NCBI GenBank assembly: GCA_951406725.2
Contig: OX597828.1
Coordinates: 67,766,001 to 67,830,000 of the forward strand
DNA length: 64,000 nt
Direction of reading: 5' to 3'
Source: Octopus vulgaris
Lineage: Eukaryota
The notes below the pieces were generated by a model. That model was not told the DNA's origin. It made no database searches and saw nothing but the letters and a program-made list of their open reading frames with translations. A program made the position numbers and the translations under genes. Shown piece by piece: positions 14,226 through 26,930 of this stretch. Positions within the stretch are counted from its first letter, which is position 1. The number at the start of each line of letters is the position of its first letter.

Positions 14226-14659
14226 CACTTCACAACATTAAAAAGTTCAACTTCCTCCTACTTCCTATCTTACCCCACCCACCCTCAACTACCCCCTTTC
14301 TCCTTCTCCTCTCTCTCTCTCTCTCCCTCTGTCTTAACCCTTTCTCTCTACTTCGCTATTATGTCCCCCTTTGTTTATTCACTTCCAGACACCACCACCA
14401 CCGCCACCGCCACCACCACAACCACCGCCAACACGTTTTTTTTAGCAATTATTATTCTCTATTTTATATTTTTGTCTTGCCCCCCCCCCCCCCCATCCTA
14501 CCCCGACTCCGATCTCCATTTTCGTCAATGTTTCTCCGTACCCTCTCCGCACCCCCACCCCACCCCACCCCCGCCCACCCTTTTTTTCTAGTCTAAGCTC
14601 CATGTCTTCCCACCTGTACTACATGCTTAATTAATTCAACTTGTCTACAACCTCTAAAA

Positions 14660-14674
14660 AGGTCAACATGACAT
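14660..14674. promoter_or_regulatory. ERE-like inverted repeat (IR3) AGGTCAacaTGACAT
   Basis: Same one-mismatch form as 7639-7653, in a unique island. Motif match only. Confidence 0.3.
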
Positions 14675-14999
14675 CAACTGTCAAACTAGCACCGGCACCA
14701 ATACAACAGGCATCATCATCATCATCATCATCACCTCCACCACCGCCACCACCATTACCATCATCATCATCATCATCATCATCATCAGCTTCATTATTAC
14801 CCTCATCATCACAATCATCACCGTCACCATCATCATCATCATCATCACTACCACATCACCACCTTCACCCCCATCACCCCATCACCAACACCACCATCAC
14901 CACTACCACCTTCACCCCTATCACCCCCCTCACCAACACCACCATCACCACTACCACCTTCACCCCTATCACCACTATCACCATCACCACCACCACCAT

Positions 15000-15031
<32 letters not shown>

Positions 15032-15578
15032 TCATCACTACCACATCACCACTTTCACCCCCATCACCATCATCACCATCACCACCACCACCATCACCAC
15101 CACCACCATCATCATCATCATCTCTATTAGCACTATCAATTTCATTATTACTTTCATCATCATCATCATCGTTTCCAGATGGTTTCTGTCTGTCAATTTG
15201 ACTTTCCTTCTTGACACTCTCGCCCCCTCTCTCTCTCTCTCCGTCTTTCTCTCTCTGTCTCTCCCCTTCCTCTCTCTCTCTCTCTCTCTTTCCCTCATTC
15301 TTTCTTTCTCTCCTCTTATCTTTCATCCTTCCTTCCTTCCTTCCTTCCTTCTCTTTCTCGTTTCTTTTGTTGTTTCTTTTCGTGTCTTCTGTTCTGTTTA
15401 TTTTCACTTATTTACCAACATTTAAATGTCTACGTCCATCTAGGGGAACATCAAGTCAATGAGGCCAACGATACAGTGCAGTGCTGGAGTCTGGGATACA
15501 AAATTGCCTCAAGCTGATGACACTTAACCCAGTTCAACAAACAACTCCTGTTCACATTGAATGTGTTTATACATATAC

Positions 15579-15618
<40 letters not shown>

Positions 15619-15799
15619 ACACACGCACAGACTCACACACGTCAAAGTCACTCGCCCATATCCACACATACACACCATTCTCACATACGCACGCAGCCGC
15701 ACCTTCTCTTTTTGGGATCACTAGCATTTTATTATCTCCCTTTCACTCAACCTCTCTTTTTTAATTATCTCCCTTTCTTTCAACCTTTTTTTCCCCAAT

Positions 15800-15998
15800 C
15801 ATTCGCCATATTGTACCCCTGAAATTACAAGTTTTTTCATTCTCTCCCTGTTTATTTTCTCTTGTTCCTTTCTGTTGAAGAGCGTAGGCTCGAAGCGTAA
15901 AAGACTTTTTCATTTTTCCAGAGCATCAAACTAATAAATACACTTGTTTGCTGCTCATAGACCAGTCTTCGTCTTTTATTTTTCTATAAATTTCAACT
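15800..15998 (+). mobile_element. Penelope-like pLTR with degenerate minimal hammerhead at 15868-15903
   Basis: CTTT-CTGTTGA-A-GAGC-GTAG-GCTC-GAAGCGT-A-AAAG; related to the pLTR of the Penelope element at 31160-31357. Confidence 0.65.
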
Positions 15999-16004
15999 AT
16001 ATAC

Positions 16005-16039
<35 letters not shown>

Positions 16040-16044
16040 CATGC

Positions 16045-16077
<33 letters not shown>

Positions 16078-16259
16078 TGTATGTATGTATGTATGTATGT
16101 ATGTGTGCATATATATATATCACCGTGATCACCGTGATCACCGCGATCGACCAGGCTATCAGATGTTGCTACACATTGCTGGTCACAATGCGCTTTGCAT
16201 TGTTTTAGCCTTCAAATGACGCCACTCCGCTGGCTAAGCGAGCAGGCCTATATATATAT

Positions 16260-16720
16260 AGGAATTTGGCGCGCTAGAACGAGGGCATTTGAATATAACT
16301 GCGAATATAATAGGCCGAACTACTTGTATTTTTGACCTGGTGTTAATATCTGGCGAGCAGTTCGACAAATTATATTTTATGACGAATATCACTGATGATC
16401 TGTAGATTAACTGTGTATGTAAAATTGCATTATTTATTAACAGTGAAACAATCGTATGGGGTTAATCTATATTTTTGTTATTTTTCATTTGTCCTGCTCG
16501 CTTACGTTCATAGTGTGCTAAATTTTTCTTGAGAACAATTCATAGTGGTTGAGACCCTTGCGGATCTATCTTTAGCGTAAGAGCGTCCACATAGTGGATT
16601 CTCTCTCATATTTATGTATTAATAATATTTACCAGTTTTTTATGCGCTAAAGCACTGGTGTTAAATTGATGTTATTAAATTAATATCCAATTTTTTCACC
16701 CTCATTTTGATTTTAATTCT
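16260..16720 (+). mobile_element. pLTR-like element between (TA)n tracts with hammerhead motif at 16389-16459
   Basis: TCA-CTGATGA-T-CTGT...ACAG-T-GAA-ACAATCGT-A-TGG; stem III is one change from a palindrome. Confidence 0.55.
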
Positions 16721-16770
16721 ATATCTATATATATATATATATATCACTTATATATATACACACACATAAG

Positions 16771-16839
<69 letters not shown>

Positions 16840-17188
16840 GGATTCATTTAAAATCGAATCATATCAACATGTAAAACGCCAGGAAATAGCTAGTTATAAA
16901 GCTGACAGCTATATAATACAATATTGTATACATTAAATGCTAATAGAATTATGTAATACCGAGCTTATGTAAATACCGAGTTTAATTAAGAACCAACAAT
17001 CCGACTCACCGCTGGAACTTCGGTGCAGCGTAAGTATAAAATAGCAGCACAAAAATTACGCTTAAATCAACAACAGCTGTTTCGATAGCAATTTATTCAA
17101 TCTCGTCGTAAAAGATTACGTAAGATTGTTGTTATTTCCCAATTATCAGGTATAATTTCAGCTATATATTTTATATGCAATGTCATCA

Positions 17189-17896
17189 GGGTGGAGCGTT
17201 TTTTCACGACTTTCGATTACGTGATATGGGTAGTGCGGAAAAGTTGTAACTGGACACCAAAATACCTGGTGTGAAATCTTAGAAACTCTGCGACAATATT
17301 TTCCAAAAAATGCATCGAATAACGGAAAGAATGGTGGGGAATGCCTCTACTTATTTATTCGCTATAAAATACAGGTTTCATTACATCTTCTTCGGTTAGC
17401 TTTTTAATGACTGGTATGGAATTACTCTAAAATACGACTTCAATATGATTGATTGATTGATTCTAGTTTCAGCTCACGAGCTGTGGCCATGCTGGGGCAC
17501 CGCATGTTTTTGTTTTCTTTGACTTCATCTTCTGCCTCCACAAGGAGGGACGGGTGTGTATCGTAATTTACATCGATATGAACATTTTTCTGAATTCGAC
17601 AAATTACAATGTTTACGATATTTTTGCATATTTTGAGGCGTTTGTAGAAGCAGATGATGAAATCACCAAAAAGAAACCTGTTTAAGTCGTATTTTAGAGT
17701 AATGTCATCACAGTCATTTAAAAACTACCCGGAGAAGATGCAATGAAAACTGTATTTTATACCTGATAAATAAGTAAAGGTGTTAATTTCCATTTTCCTA
17801 TGCTTTTGTGATGACAGAAAATATTTTATGTCCATTCACAATTTTTCCGCACCCACCCCATTACGAAATCGAAAATCGTGAAAAAACGCTCCACCC
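17189..17896. mobile_element. MITE / foldback DNA element with long imperfect terminal inverted repeats
   Basis: GGGTGGAGCGTTTTTTCACGA... / ...TCGTGAAAAAACGCTCCACCC, about 75 bp. A second inverted block at 17340-17425 vs 17684-17780. Flanked by CA / TA, suggesting a TA target (Tc1/mariner-type). Confidence 0.75.
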
Positions 17897-18264
17897 TAGG
17901 GTACATAGTTTTGTCTATCTATTGTAAGGATGAAGCGGTGAGAGTGAACGACAGTTAAGATGTTTGGCGTTGGGCTATATCGCTTGTACTTGTCTCTATT
18001 TAACAGGTGGGTAGTTCTCTATGTATTTGACGACCATTTGATATACACCCTGGCACCGCTGTGTCTATAGTAACTTCAGATTCTTTTGATGTTGCTACGT
18101 TGGACTATAAATTAGATTTAAATTGGATTTATTTTATTCAACCCTTCCATGATTTTCTATGTTTATTAATTGCCTATTTCATCACTCCTACTTTCTCTTC
18201 TATAGATTGAAACGTTCATCTTAGCTGAAATAAGTAGACTAAGTCCCTTGTTGGCCGTTTAGAT

Positions 18265-18565
18265 CAGTGGTTACCAAACGGCGTCAATACGGCCCCTGAG
18301 GGTCCATATAAGTAAATTTGAGATCTACAAAAGTATTTAAGGGTCTCTGAGAAAATTTTGCTTTATGTGTATGTTTTGGTGTGTATTGCAAGAAACAGCT
18401 GAGTTTCTTTTTTCAACGTTTGACAAAGTTCAACCTACACAATAGGAATTTAGAAAGAAGTTTCTATAAAACTAGTTTTTAAACATCAAATGGGTATGGG
18501 GATCCACCAGAATGAAATAGTAATCCACGGGATCCATAGATAAAAAAAATGGCCGAGAACCTTTG
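18265..18565. mobile_element. hAT (Charlie/Buster-type) MITE
   Basis: CAGTGGTTACCAA...GAGAACCTTTG; 8-bp TSD GTTTAGAT / GTTTAAAT with central TA. Related to 44252-44478. Confidence 0.7.
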
Positions 18566-18729
18566 GTTTAAATTATATTACACCGGATGGTGGTGGAGTT
18601 GCAAAATATATAATATTATGTAATCCTTTAAGATAACATTGAATAAATTTAAACCCCAGTTGTGTGCGATTATTATACATACATAACACTCGCACGCACA
18701 CACACATACACACACATATATGTATATAT

Positions 18730-18766
<37 letters not shown>

Positions 18767-19658
18767 ATAGTAAGAATGTATGCATCTTGGGATCAGGACA
18801 AAAAAAGACCCTAGGACAAAATCTCCTTAGTTATAGTGCGAAAGCGGGCAAAAATCCCTCGATTATATTTTGCGTTTTTTTTCTTTTCTTTTCTTTTTCT
18901 TTACTTGTTCCAGTCATTAGACTGCGGCCATGCTGGGGCACCGCCTTGGAGAAATTTTAGTCGAATGAATCGACTGCAGAAAATTCAGCATCTTAAAGTT
19001 TAAATTCCACCTCCACCCCAATTTCTCGGTTTTCAGTTTTAATAATCTCTCCATGTGGGGATTCCACGTAGATACAGAGATTATGAATCTGAAAAATACC
19101 TTTTTACAAACACCCCTCCTCCCCCTACGCCCATATCCACACCAATATTCCTGATGGTTTTTAAACTCGTTCACTTAAAACCCACACTTGTATTTTTTTC
19201 TGTTATCGCAAAACTTTCGGTTTTGAATGTTCGCTACAAAAAATGCATTGTTATTTTTCGCAAAAAATAAAAATAATAATAATAATAATTCATTGAGGAT
19301 TTCTCCAGTCACGGAATAACTGAAGTTGAGATTATAAACCGAGTCCGCATTTTTATTAATTGCTAAACAAATTTAAAGCCTTTGTTTTCGTTTCTCTGCA
19401 CTTAGAGATTAATAAGGATAAATTGACCTTTTGATCTTTCTCCGGTCGTTGAAGGTACAACAGAATCATGGCGCCGTTCAAACGTACTTCTTATCGTTTC
19501 TATCTTTCTACATTCCTTTTATTCTGTCTTTCTCTTGTAGTTAGACATGATACGGTCTGTTGACGATGATGGTAGTGGTGGTATTGATGTTGGTGACGAT
19601 GGCGGTAGCTGTATTAATGATGACCATGCTGCTGCTGATGGTTGCTGCTGTTGCTGTT

Positions 19659-20018
19659 GAGCGGTCTTCATCCCAGAGCTCGTAAGACGGGAGAAGTCCG
19701 AAACGTGGTCCTTTGCTATTCGTAAGACCCGCAGAAGAGAAAGCAGGTCAACCCCCGACACCGAGAGCATCGACGGATAAATGAATGCGCATCCAGGCTC
19801 AGCAGTTGCGTAGGAAGTCGGGGACAAGAAACAGGAAGAAAGAGTGAGAGAAAGTTGGAACGAAAGAGTACAACAGGAGTCGCCACCACCCCCTGCCGGA
19901 GCCTCGTGGAGCTTTAGGTTTTTTCCCTCAATAAACACACACAACGTCCGGTCTGGCGAAACCGGGATCCTCCGACCGCGAGTTCGCTGCCCTAACCACT
20001 GGGCCATTGCGCCTCCAC
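19659..20018 (-). mobile_element. tRNA-derived SINE, family C
   Basis: Minus head GGAGGCGCAATGGCCCAGTGGTTAGGGCAGCGAACTCGCGGTCGGAGGATCCCGGTTTCG (A and B boxes); (CAA/CAG)n tail; second copy at 43272-43640. Confidence 0.85.
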
Positions 20019-20336
20019 ACACTGCTGATAGTGAATGTTTTTGACTTGTAAAACACATTTCTTGAAGTAAATGCGTTCCTTTTTGTTAAAATTCAGAAAA
20101 TATGTACTTTGAGTAGTAAAGACTCTTGTGTTCTGTTATTTTATTCTTCTTATTTATATTTGATTGAATATATTTTTGCTTACATAAAAATTGAAATTTT
20201 TGAAAATAAAAGTTTTTGTACAACTGCAATTTCCGTTTTTGTTTATGTGAAATTATAAAAAAACTCAAGAGATTTGCCTGTTATTTATAGCATGTGAAGA
20301 GACCTTCTAGTCTTAACCTCATGCGCGGGTTGAAAA

Positions 20337-20548
20337 TCCTTTTCAACTCTAGGCACAAGGCTCGAAATTTGGGTGGGGGTCAGTCCACTAGATCGACCCC
20401 AGTACGCAACTGGTACTCAAATTATCGACCCCGAAAGGGTGAAAGCAAAGTCGAGCTTGGTGGAATTTGAACTCAGAACGTAGCGACGGGCGAAATATCA
20501 CTAAGCATTCCATCCAGCGTGCTAATGATTCTGCCAGCTCACCGCCTT
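20337..20548 (-). mobile_element. SINE family A
   Basis: Family A body; GTTGAAAATC repeated on both flanks (TSD-like). Confidence 0.75.
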
Positions 20549-20771
20549 GCGCTGGTTGAAAATCACTCATGCATGAACAAGTTTGATACCATCCGGAATA
20601 CTGGAGCGCACAGTGTGGAAAGCAGGGTGTCAATTTTTTTTTTTTTTTTTTTTTTTGAAATTTTAGAAAAAACAATTTTTTCAGAGTATCATAATTTTCC
20701 TATTTATCTACGCGGAGTCCAAAAAAAATCGCAAAAATGTGAAAAACGAAAGAGAGGAGATCTCCTGGTGT

Positions 20772-21351
20772 TCAAACATCGTAGTAAAGTCCGTTAGAAC
20801 TTTCTATTAATGTCTCCGTAGACAGCGCTTCGTTGGCTGCTACAGTCTGGCTCCTGTCTTTTAAGAAGTCATGCAACCACACTCCAATTTTCCCAGTTAT
20901 GCTGAGTCTCCGTAGTTTGTGACATATCAGCCCATGACCAACCTTATCAAAGGTCTTTGCAAAGTCAAGATACATCACATCTACATTTGAGTGATTCATT
21001 AATTGTTTCAACGTCCAGTCATAATTTTGCAATTAGAAGTCACTGCACTGTTCTAAAAGTCCCAGCTGTCTCATCTAAGGCGAGGATCATCTACTGCAAT
21101 AGCTTAGGATTCAAGGGCCCACAGCTATTTAACTCCTTGCCAAAACATCTGAGGTATCTCCATGGTGTGGGAGTAGAAGTTTTCAAGAAACAACTTAACC
21201 TCTTACTATCCAAGATCCAAGATGAACCAATATCAAGGCAGCAAACGCAAAAGGGAGCAGCAGTATCGAACATCCCCCTTCACCAAAAGCCAATCCCATA
21301 GAATTGGCCGATTAAAAAGTGATTACACTGGCGGTGCCCCAGCATGGCCAT
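20772..21351. mobile_element. CR1/L2-like LINE fragment with 5' inversion (RT on -, C-terminus and 3' end on +)
   Basis: Minus ORF: DVMYLDFAKTFDKVGHGL...GKIGVWLHDFLKDRSQTV. Plus ORF: SLGFKGPQLFNSLPKHLR...FKKQL. Ends with GGCGGTGCCCCAGCATGGCCA. Confidence 0.8.
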
Positions 21352-21465
21352 TTAATCATCGGTATATTATTGTTATTTTATTTTTAATATTTCTATTATA
21401 TGTAATTTTCTAGATGGTGCGATTTAATTGTTCATTTCGAATTGATAAAAGGTGTTTTTTTTCTA

Positions 21466-21522
<57 letters not shown>

Positions 21523-21525
<3 letters not shown>

Positions 21526-21660
21526 ACTGAAGATTGAAGGCTTCGAATGTCCCGTCCTTGTTTTTTGTATCGTCTTCTAAATGTTTTACGTTCTTGTCCC
21601 AGTTTGTATTTTTCTACATAAAATAATATATATGTGCTCAGTTTGTATTTTTCTACATAA

Positions 21661-21754
<94 letters not shown>

Positions 21755-22249
21755 ACTTGTTTCAGAAAAATACAAACAGGGACAAGAACGTAAAACATTT
21801 AGAAGACGATACAAAAAACACGGACGGGACATTCGAAGCCTTCAATCTTCAGTCAAGAACCGGATCATCCTAGCAATTTCGGCTGATTAATCTTGAGATC
21901 GCTCCGATCCGGCCAGCCCCAAGGAAAAACTAATCTATGAGCATTAGATTTCTTGGAAGAAGGATCGAATGTATACGAAACAGGGACAGAAAAACGGACG
22001 ATGCCACACGAATATAAAATACAAAAAAACAATAATGGTAAAAACAGGACAAAAACAGCGGGTGTCTTACGATTAATAAACAGTACAAGTTTAGCTGGCG
22101 TATTTGGAAAAAATGCCTTTATCGGCAGACGAAGACAACAGATGTTCTCACGGCAGTGGTCGAAGGCCAAAAGGCTGATTTTGACCAGCGGTCACGTGAC
22201 AGAAGAAAGAGAAATGAAAGGGGGCAATGGAAACAAAGAGAGAGAAAGA

Positions 22250-22289
<40 letters not shown>

Positions 22290-22724
22290 TTTTTTCTCTC
22301 TCTTGCCTTAAGGCTTTTTTCTAACGCCAGCTCAAAATTTTACTCGTCCTGTCGAAAAGACGCTTGTCTGTGACGTCCTGTTTTTGTTATTACTATTATC
22401 ATTATTGTTTTTACGTATTTTTATATTCTTATTCATGTTATCATTTTTGTTTTTACGTATTTTTGTATTTTTATTCGTGTAACATCGTCCGGTTTTCCGT
22501 CCTTGTTTTGTTTACATTCGAGGCTTTCTTCCAAGGAATCTAATTGGCTTAGATTTTCCTTTGGAACTGGCCAGATCGGAGCAATATCAAGATTAATCAA
22601 CCGAAATTGCTACGATGATCCGGTTCTTGACTGAAGATTGAAGGCTTCGAATGTCCCGTCCGTGTTTTTCGTATCGTCTTCTAAATGTTTTACGTTCTTG
22701 TCCCAGTTTGTATTTTTTTACATT

Positions 22725-22725
<1 letters not shown>
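21523..22725. mobile_element. Cluster of three copies (+, -, +) of one (TA)n-associated repeat family
   Basis: 21523-21615 is the reverse complement of 21764-21856; 21764-22240 is the reverse complement of 22290-22725. Each copy is bounded by (TA)n. Confidence 0.75.
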
Positions 22726-22755
<30 letters not shown>

Positions 22756-22853
22756 CATCATCATCATCATCATCAGCGTTTAATGTCCCGGTCGAACCGT
22801 CCAACCCATGCTAGCATGGATTGGACGGTTCGACCGGGTCTGGAAAGCCAGGA

Positions 22854-22903
<50 letters not shown>

Positions 22904-22904
22904 T

Positions 22905-23336
22905 GAAGGATAAATTTTTTTTCGGGAAAAATAAATTTTATCAATGGACAATATATAAAAAAATACCTTTAAAGGTTAAATTTACAAGATAAGGGCAAAA
23001 GAAAAATTCTAATGCCAAATATGCCGAAAAAAAGACAAAAGTTTTCAATAACCATTATAATTTATGCGTCTCGAAACAAACTGATAGAAATCTCTAAAAA
23101 ATTGTTTTTTACCGTATTGGTCCAATTTCGGGGTTAATTAATAATAAATTTTCCCTTCTTCAGCGGCAAACACGCGAGATATAAGTGAAATAGTTACTCA
23201 TACCCATGGAAAAAGCAAGCATCAAGTCCTGAGCAGACCTAAGTACCCCAAATATATCCAAAATAGAAAAATCTGCGGCACATCTCGAGACACGTGTGAT
23301 TCGAACTAGAAACTTTCACAGAATGACAGAATCCGG

Positions 23337-23340
<4 letters not shown>
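22905..23340 (-). mobile_element. pLTR-like element between (TA)n tracts; homologous to 61549-61800
   Basis: Shares 'aaaataccttt aaaggttaaa...taagggcaaa...ctaatgccaaatatgccgaaaaa' with 61600-61700; contains a hammerhead. Confidence 0.65.
23112..23166 (-). ncRNA. Type I hammerhead ribozyme motif
   Basis: Minus: CCG-CTGAAGA-A-GGG-(AT-rich loop)-CCCC-GAA-ATTGG-A-CCAAT-A-CGG. Stems I and III are perfect. Confidence 0.75.
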
Positions 23341-23387
<47 letters not shown>

Positions 23388-23389
23388 GA

Positions 23390-23596
23390 AATTCGGGGTG
23401 AGTACTTGATAATTATAAGCACCTGTGTATACCGTTTGGTGGTGTAGGTGGTGGAGTAAATTGTTCAAAATAAAATAAAAACATGATGCGAAGGACTCAG
23501 CGGTACATATGTTTCGGGCCTTTATTAATCTGTCTAATAAAGGCCCGAAACATATGTACCGCTGAGTCCTTCGCATCATGTTTTTATTTTATTTTG

Positions 23597-23602
<6 letters not shown>
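23390..23602 (-). mobile_element. Truncated copy of the 2166-2745 family ending in a perfect 68-bp-arm hairpin
   Basis: 23460-23527 is the reverse complement of 23535-23602, with a 7-nt loop. Contains GGCCCGAAACATATGTACCGC (3' half of the hammerhead). (TA)n on both sides. Confidence 0.8.
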
Positions 23603-23630
<28 letters not shown>

Positions 23631-24087
23631 GGCGGTGCCCCAGCATGGCCACAGCTCATTAGCTGAAACTGGAAAAATCAAAATCAAATCATATATATAT
23701 ATATATATATATAATTTGCTCTTCTGTACTTTATAAACATATCTGTTTAGTATTTGGGGTGAGGAGAAGAGCGGTAGTCAATCGCTTGGTTACTTTTTTC
23801 TTGTTTCTGATTCAAACCTTCTGTTAAAACAATTATGTTGATTATATTACTACCAGAGACAACATGTGACAGAGGAAGCCTGATTATTATAAAGTATAGT
23901 TTCAGTCAGATGCTCCCCACGTCGACTAGTCTCTGCCTTGGATACAGAAAGAGAGAGAGAGAGAGTGTGTGTGTGTGTGTGTGTGTGAAAGATAGAGAGC
24001 AAGAGAGAAAAAGCATGATGATCTGATGTTGTAATTAGACAGATGGATAAGTACATATATGTGTGTGCATGTATATCTGTGTTTCTG

Positions 24088-24128
<41 letters not shown>

Positions 24129-24208
24129 TGTGTATATATGTATATACATAAACACACACACTCACACACACACATATATATATATGAGACCAAAGTGTAC
24201 GTACGCCG

Positions 24209-24239
<31 letters not shown>

Positions 24240-24242
<3 letters not shown>

Positions 24243-24830
24243 CAAAATGGGACAAGAACGCAAAACATCCAGACAGTTAGGTGATACAAAAAAAGGGACA
24301 ACAAAACATCCAGATAGACGATACAAAAAAAAACAAGGATGGATCATTCGGAGTTTTCTTTCCTTAGTCGAGTTCCAGATTATCTTTGCAATTTCGGCTG
24401 GTTATACTCGAGATTGCTCCAATCTGGCCATCCCCAAGAAAAAACTAAACTAAGAGCATTAGATTCCTTAGAAGAAAGAAGCGAATTTATACGAAAACAA
24501 GGACGAAAAATAACGGAGAATGTTACACAAATACAAAGAACAGGACATAACAACAGGTGTCTTTCGACTAAGGATAAATTACATTAAACTGGCGTGTGTG
24601 GAAATATAGCTTTACGGCAGGGATACAAGATTTCACAGGCACGGAGAGGAATATAGATGTTGCACGGATGACTGTCGAACCAAGAAAGAAAAGATCAGGC
24701 TTGGCCGAACACCGGTCACGTGGGGAGAGAAGAGAGAGAGGTAGAGGCAGAGTGACAGAAGAATTAAGGAAGGGCGAGAAAAATGACAGGGACACAGTGA
24801 TGTGAAAAGAGGAGGGAAAATGAGCAAGAC
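24240..24830 (-). mobile_element. Diverged relative of the 21523-22725 family, (TA)n-bounded
   Basis: Shares 'gggacaagaacg.aaaacat', 'gcaatttcggctg', 'gagcattagatt', 'cggtcacgtg'. Confidence 0.65.
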
Positions 24831-25894
24831 GATATATACATATATATGAGGACACATTGTTAGGGTGTTACATTTTGTTAGGTTGTTGCACACATGATCG
24901 CAAGATCATGGTTTCAATTCATAGACTGGGTGGTGCGTTGTTTTTGAGCAAAACGCTTCATTTTGCGATGCTCACCGATCACTTCGACACCTGACGCGTG
25001 GTACACTGTACAACTGTTCAAGCAACATAGATTTGATGGAGAAATTGAGTTAATGTACAGCATATACATTTGATCACAATGAAAAAAAATCATTTGTGCA
25101 GGCCATTCAGCAAAAGCTGAACTCTGTGCGTTGTGTGTGTGTGTGTGTGTTTGTAATGTATAGGGATGTATACATCACTGACGGTTATAGACGCGCAAAT
25201 AGCGACGGAAAACGGTGGTCTTCGAAAGAAGTCTTTAAAAACGAGTTACAAATTGTTTGTCTATCTGTCTGTCTGTCAGAAACATAGAATTCTAGCTTGT
25301 TAGAATCCCCGCGACGCTATTGTTCACAATTGGCGATATGATATAAATGATTATAGGTTTATCAACAAAAGTGAGAAAATTATAGCAAAATGGACATTGC
25401 TGGAATTCTTCAGAGATCACTCATGGTTCTGGAAAATGGATGGAAAAGCTATAAGAGCACCTAGAATTGGAAAATGGTAACTTTGATTGTTTTCACATCT
25501 CAAGAAATGTTAACAATAACAAAATAAGGTTAAAAAATATAGAGAGTGTGGAATAGAACAGTTATTATGGAATGTCTGTAGTTCCTATGAGCAAAGAACA
25601 TGGCAACACTTTACATACGGTCTAACGCAGATACAAATACCTATATATACGTACTAAATATGAGCGTATACGTTGTATGTGTGTGTGCGCATGTACGCGC
25701 ACGACTGTGTGTATTCACACACACACAACCACACATACATACATACATACATACATACATACATACATACATACATACATACATACATACATACACACAT
25801 ACATAATACATACATGTATGCATGTGTAATTTGTAAACAGATACCAAAAGAGATGAAAGAAACAGGGAGAGAGAAAGACGGAGACAGAGGAAGA

Positions 25895-25951
<57 letters not shown>

Positions 25952-26930
25952 AAAGAGAGAGACAGGGAACATAATAGAGACATATAGAGGCAATAATAGA
26001 AGAACGAGAGATGGAGAGAGAAAGACAAATTATTGGGAGTATAATAAAGCTGATGTAAGTAGAAATTGCTATTTCGTGTAAAGCTGACTTTGAGAGAACA
26101 AAGTTGGGAATAAAACCTCCAACATGGACAATTCTATAAAATGGTAACATTTATTTCTGTACAAGAATTCTTTGGTAAATTTCCAAGATTTTCTCTCTTA
26201 TCTCCTGGCTTTTATTTTTGACCTTTTACTTTTTATTGTTGTTGTTGTTGTTGTTGTTGTGTTGTTTATAAGGTAGTCAGCAGATGAAGGCGGTACAGTG
26301 CCCATGAACTTTGCTCCTTTCCATATGTAGTCGAGATTGAATTATTGCGGCTGATGTTCAGTTAGGACAGACCAGAATTTAGATGAGGAAGGAAGGTTAG
26401 GGCAGTGGTGATCACGAAAAAAAAAAATGGTGGTGGTGGAAGCTGAGGCGGCGGCGATGGTGATAGTGGCAGCGGTGGTGTGAGTGTGATGATATAGGAA
26501 CATTTAACATCAGATGTTCAAATCCTCTAAGAACATTTTTGCATTTCGGAATGAAAAAACTATTCAGGAACGTAGCTATAAACCAACCACAAAGCATTGT
26601 ATCCGATGCTCTGCCGATTCTGTTCTTAATAACAACTGTTTTAATAAGGATGGATTGCTTTATTTCATCATCATATTTTATAATATTTATGTTTTTCTTT
26701 TAATTGCGGAATAACAACAACTGCAGTTACAATATTGCTTTTTGTTTTTTATTTAGAAAAATAAGAAAAAAAATGTAAGAATTTCATTAAAATTTCAAAA
26801 GTTTGTCTGAAATTGAAACCAAAGAAAATATGGTTTGTGTGACTGTTATATATATACAGGAGTGGGTGTAAGGTAAGTAGCTTGCATACCAACCACATGG
26901 TTCCGGGTTCAGTCCGACTGAGTGGCATAT

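Noticed and set aside
13668-14591. 307-aa Thr-rich, mucin-like ORF
   Set aside because: Translation of an (ACC/ACT)n microsatellite; open in several frames on both strands, with no signal peptide or splice context.
17073-17189. Hammerhead on the minus strand (CTGATGA...GAAACAGCTGT)
   Set aside because: Stem I cannot be formed and the core overlaps a MITE junction; counted only as a possible remnant.
19940-20018. tRNA gene (also 43560-43640 and the SINE A/B heads)
   Set aside because: A and B boxes are present but the cloverleaf is degenerate and continues into a shared multi-copy body, so these are SINE heads.
21835-21900. Type II hammerhead reading of CCGAAATTGC...GACTGAAGA
   Set aside because: Stems I and III do not pair convincingly; reported only as an unresolved structured motif.
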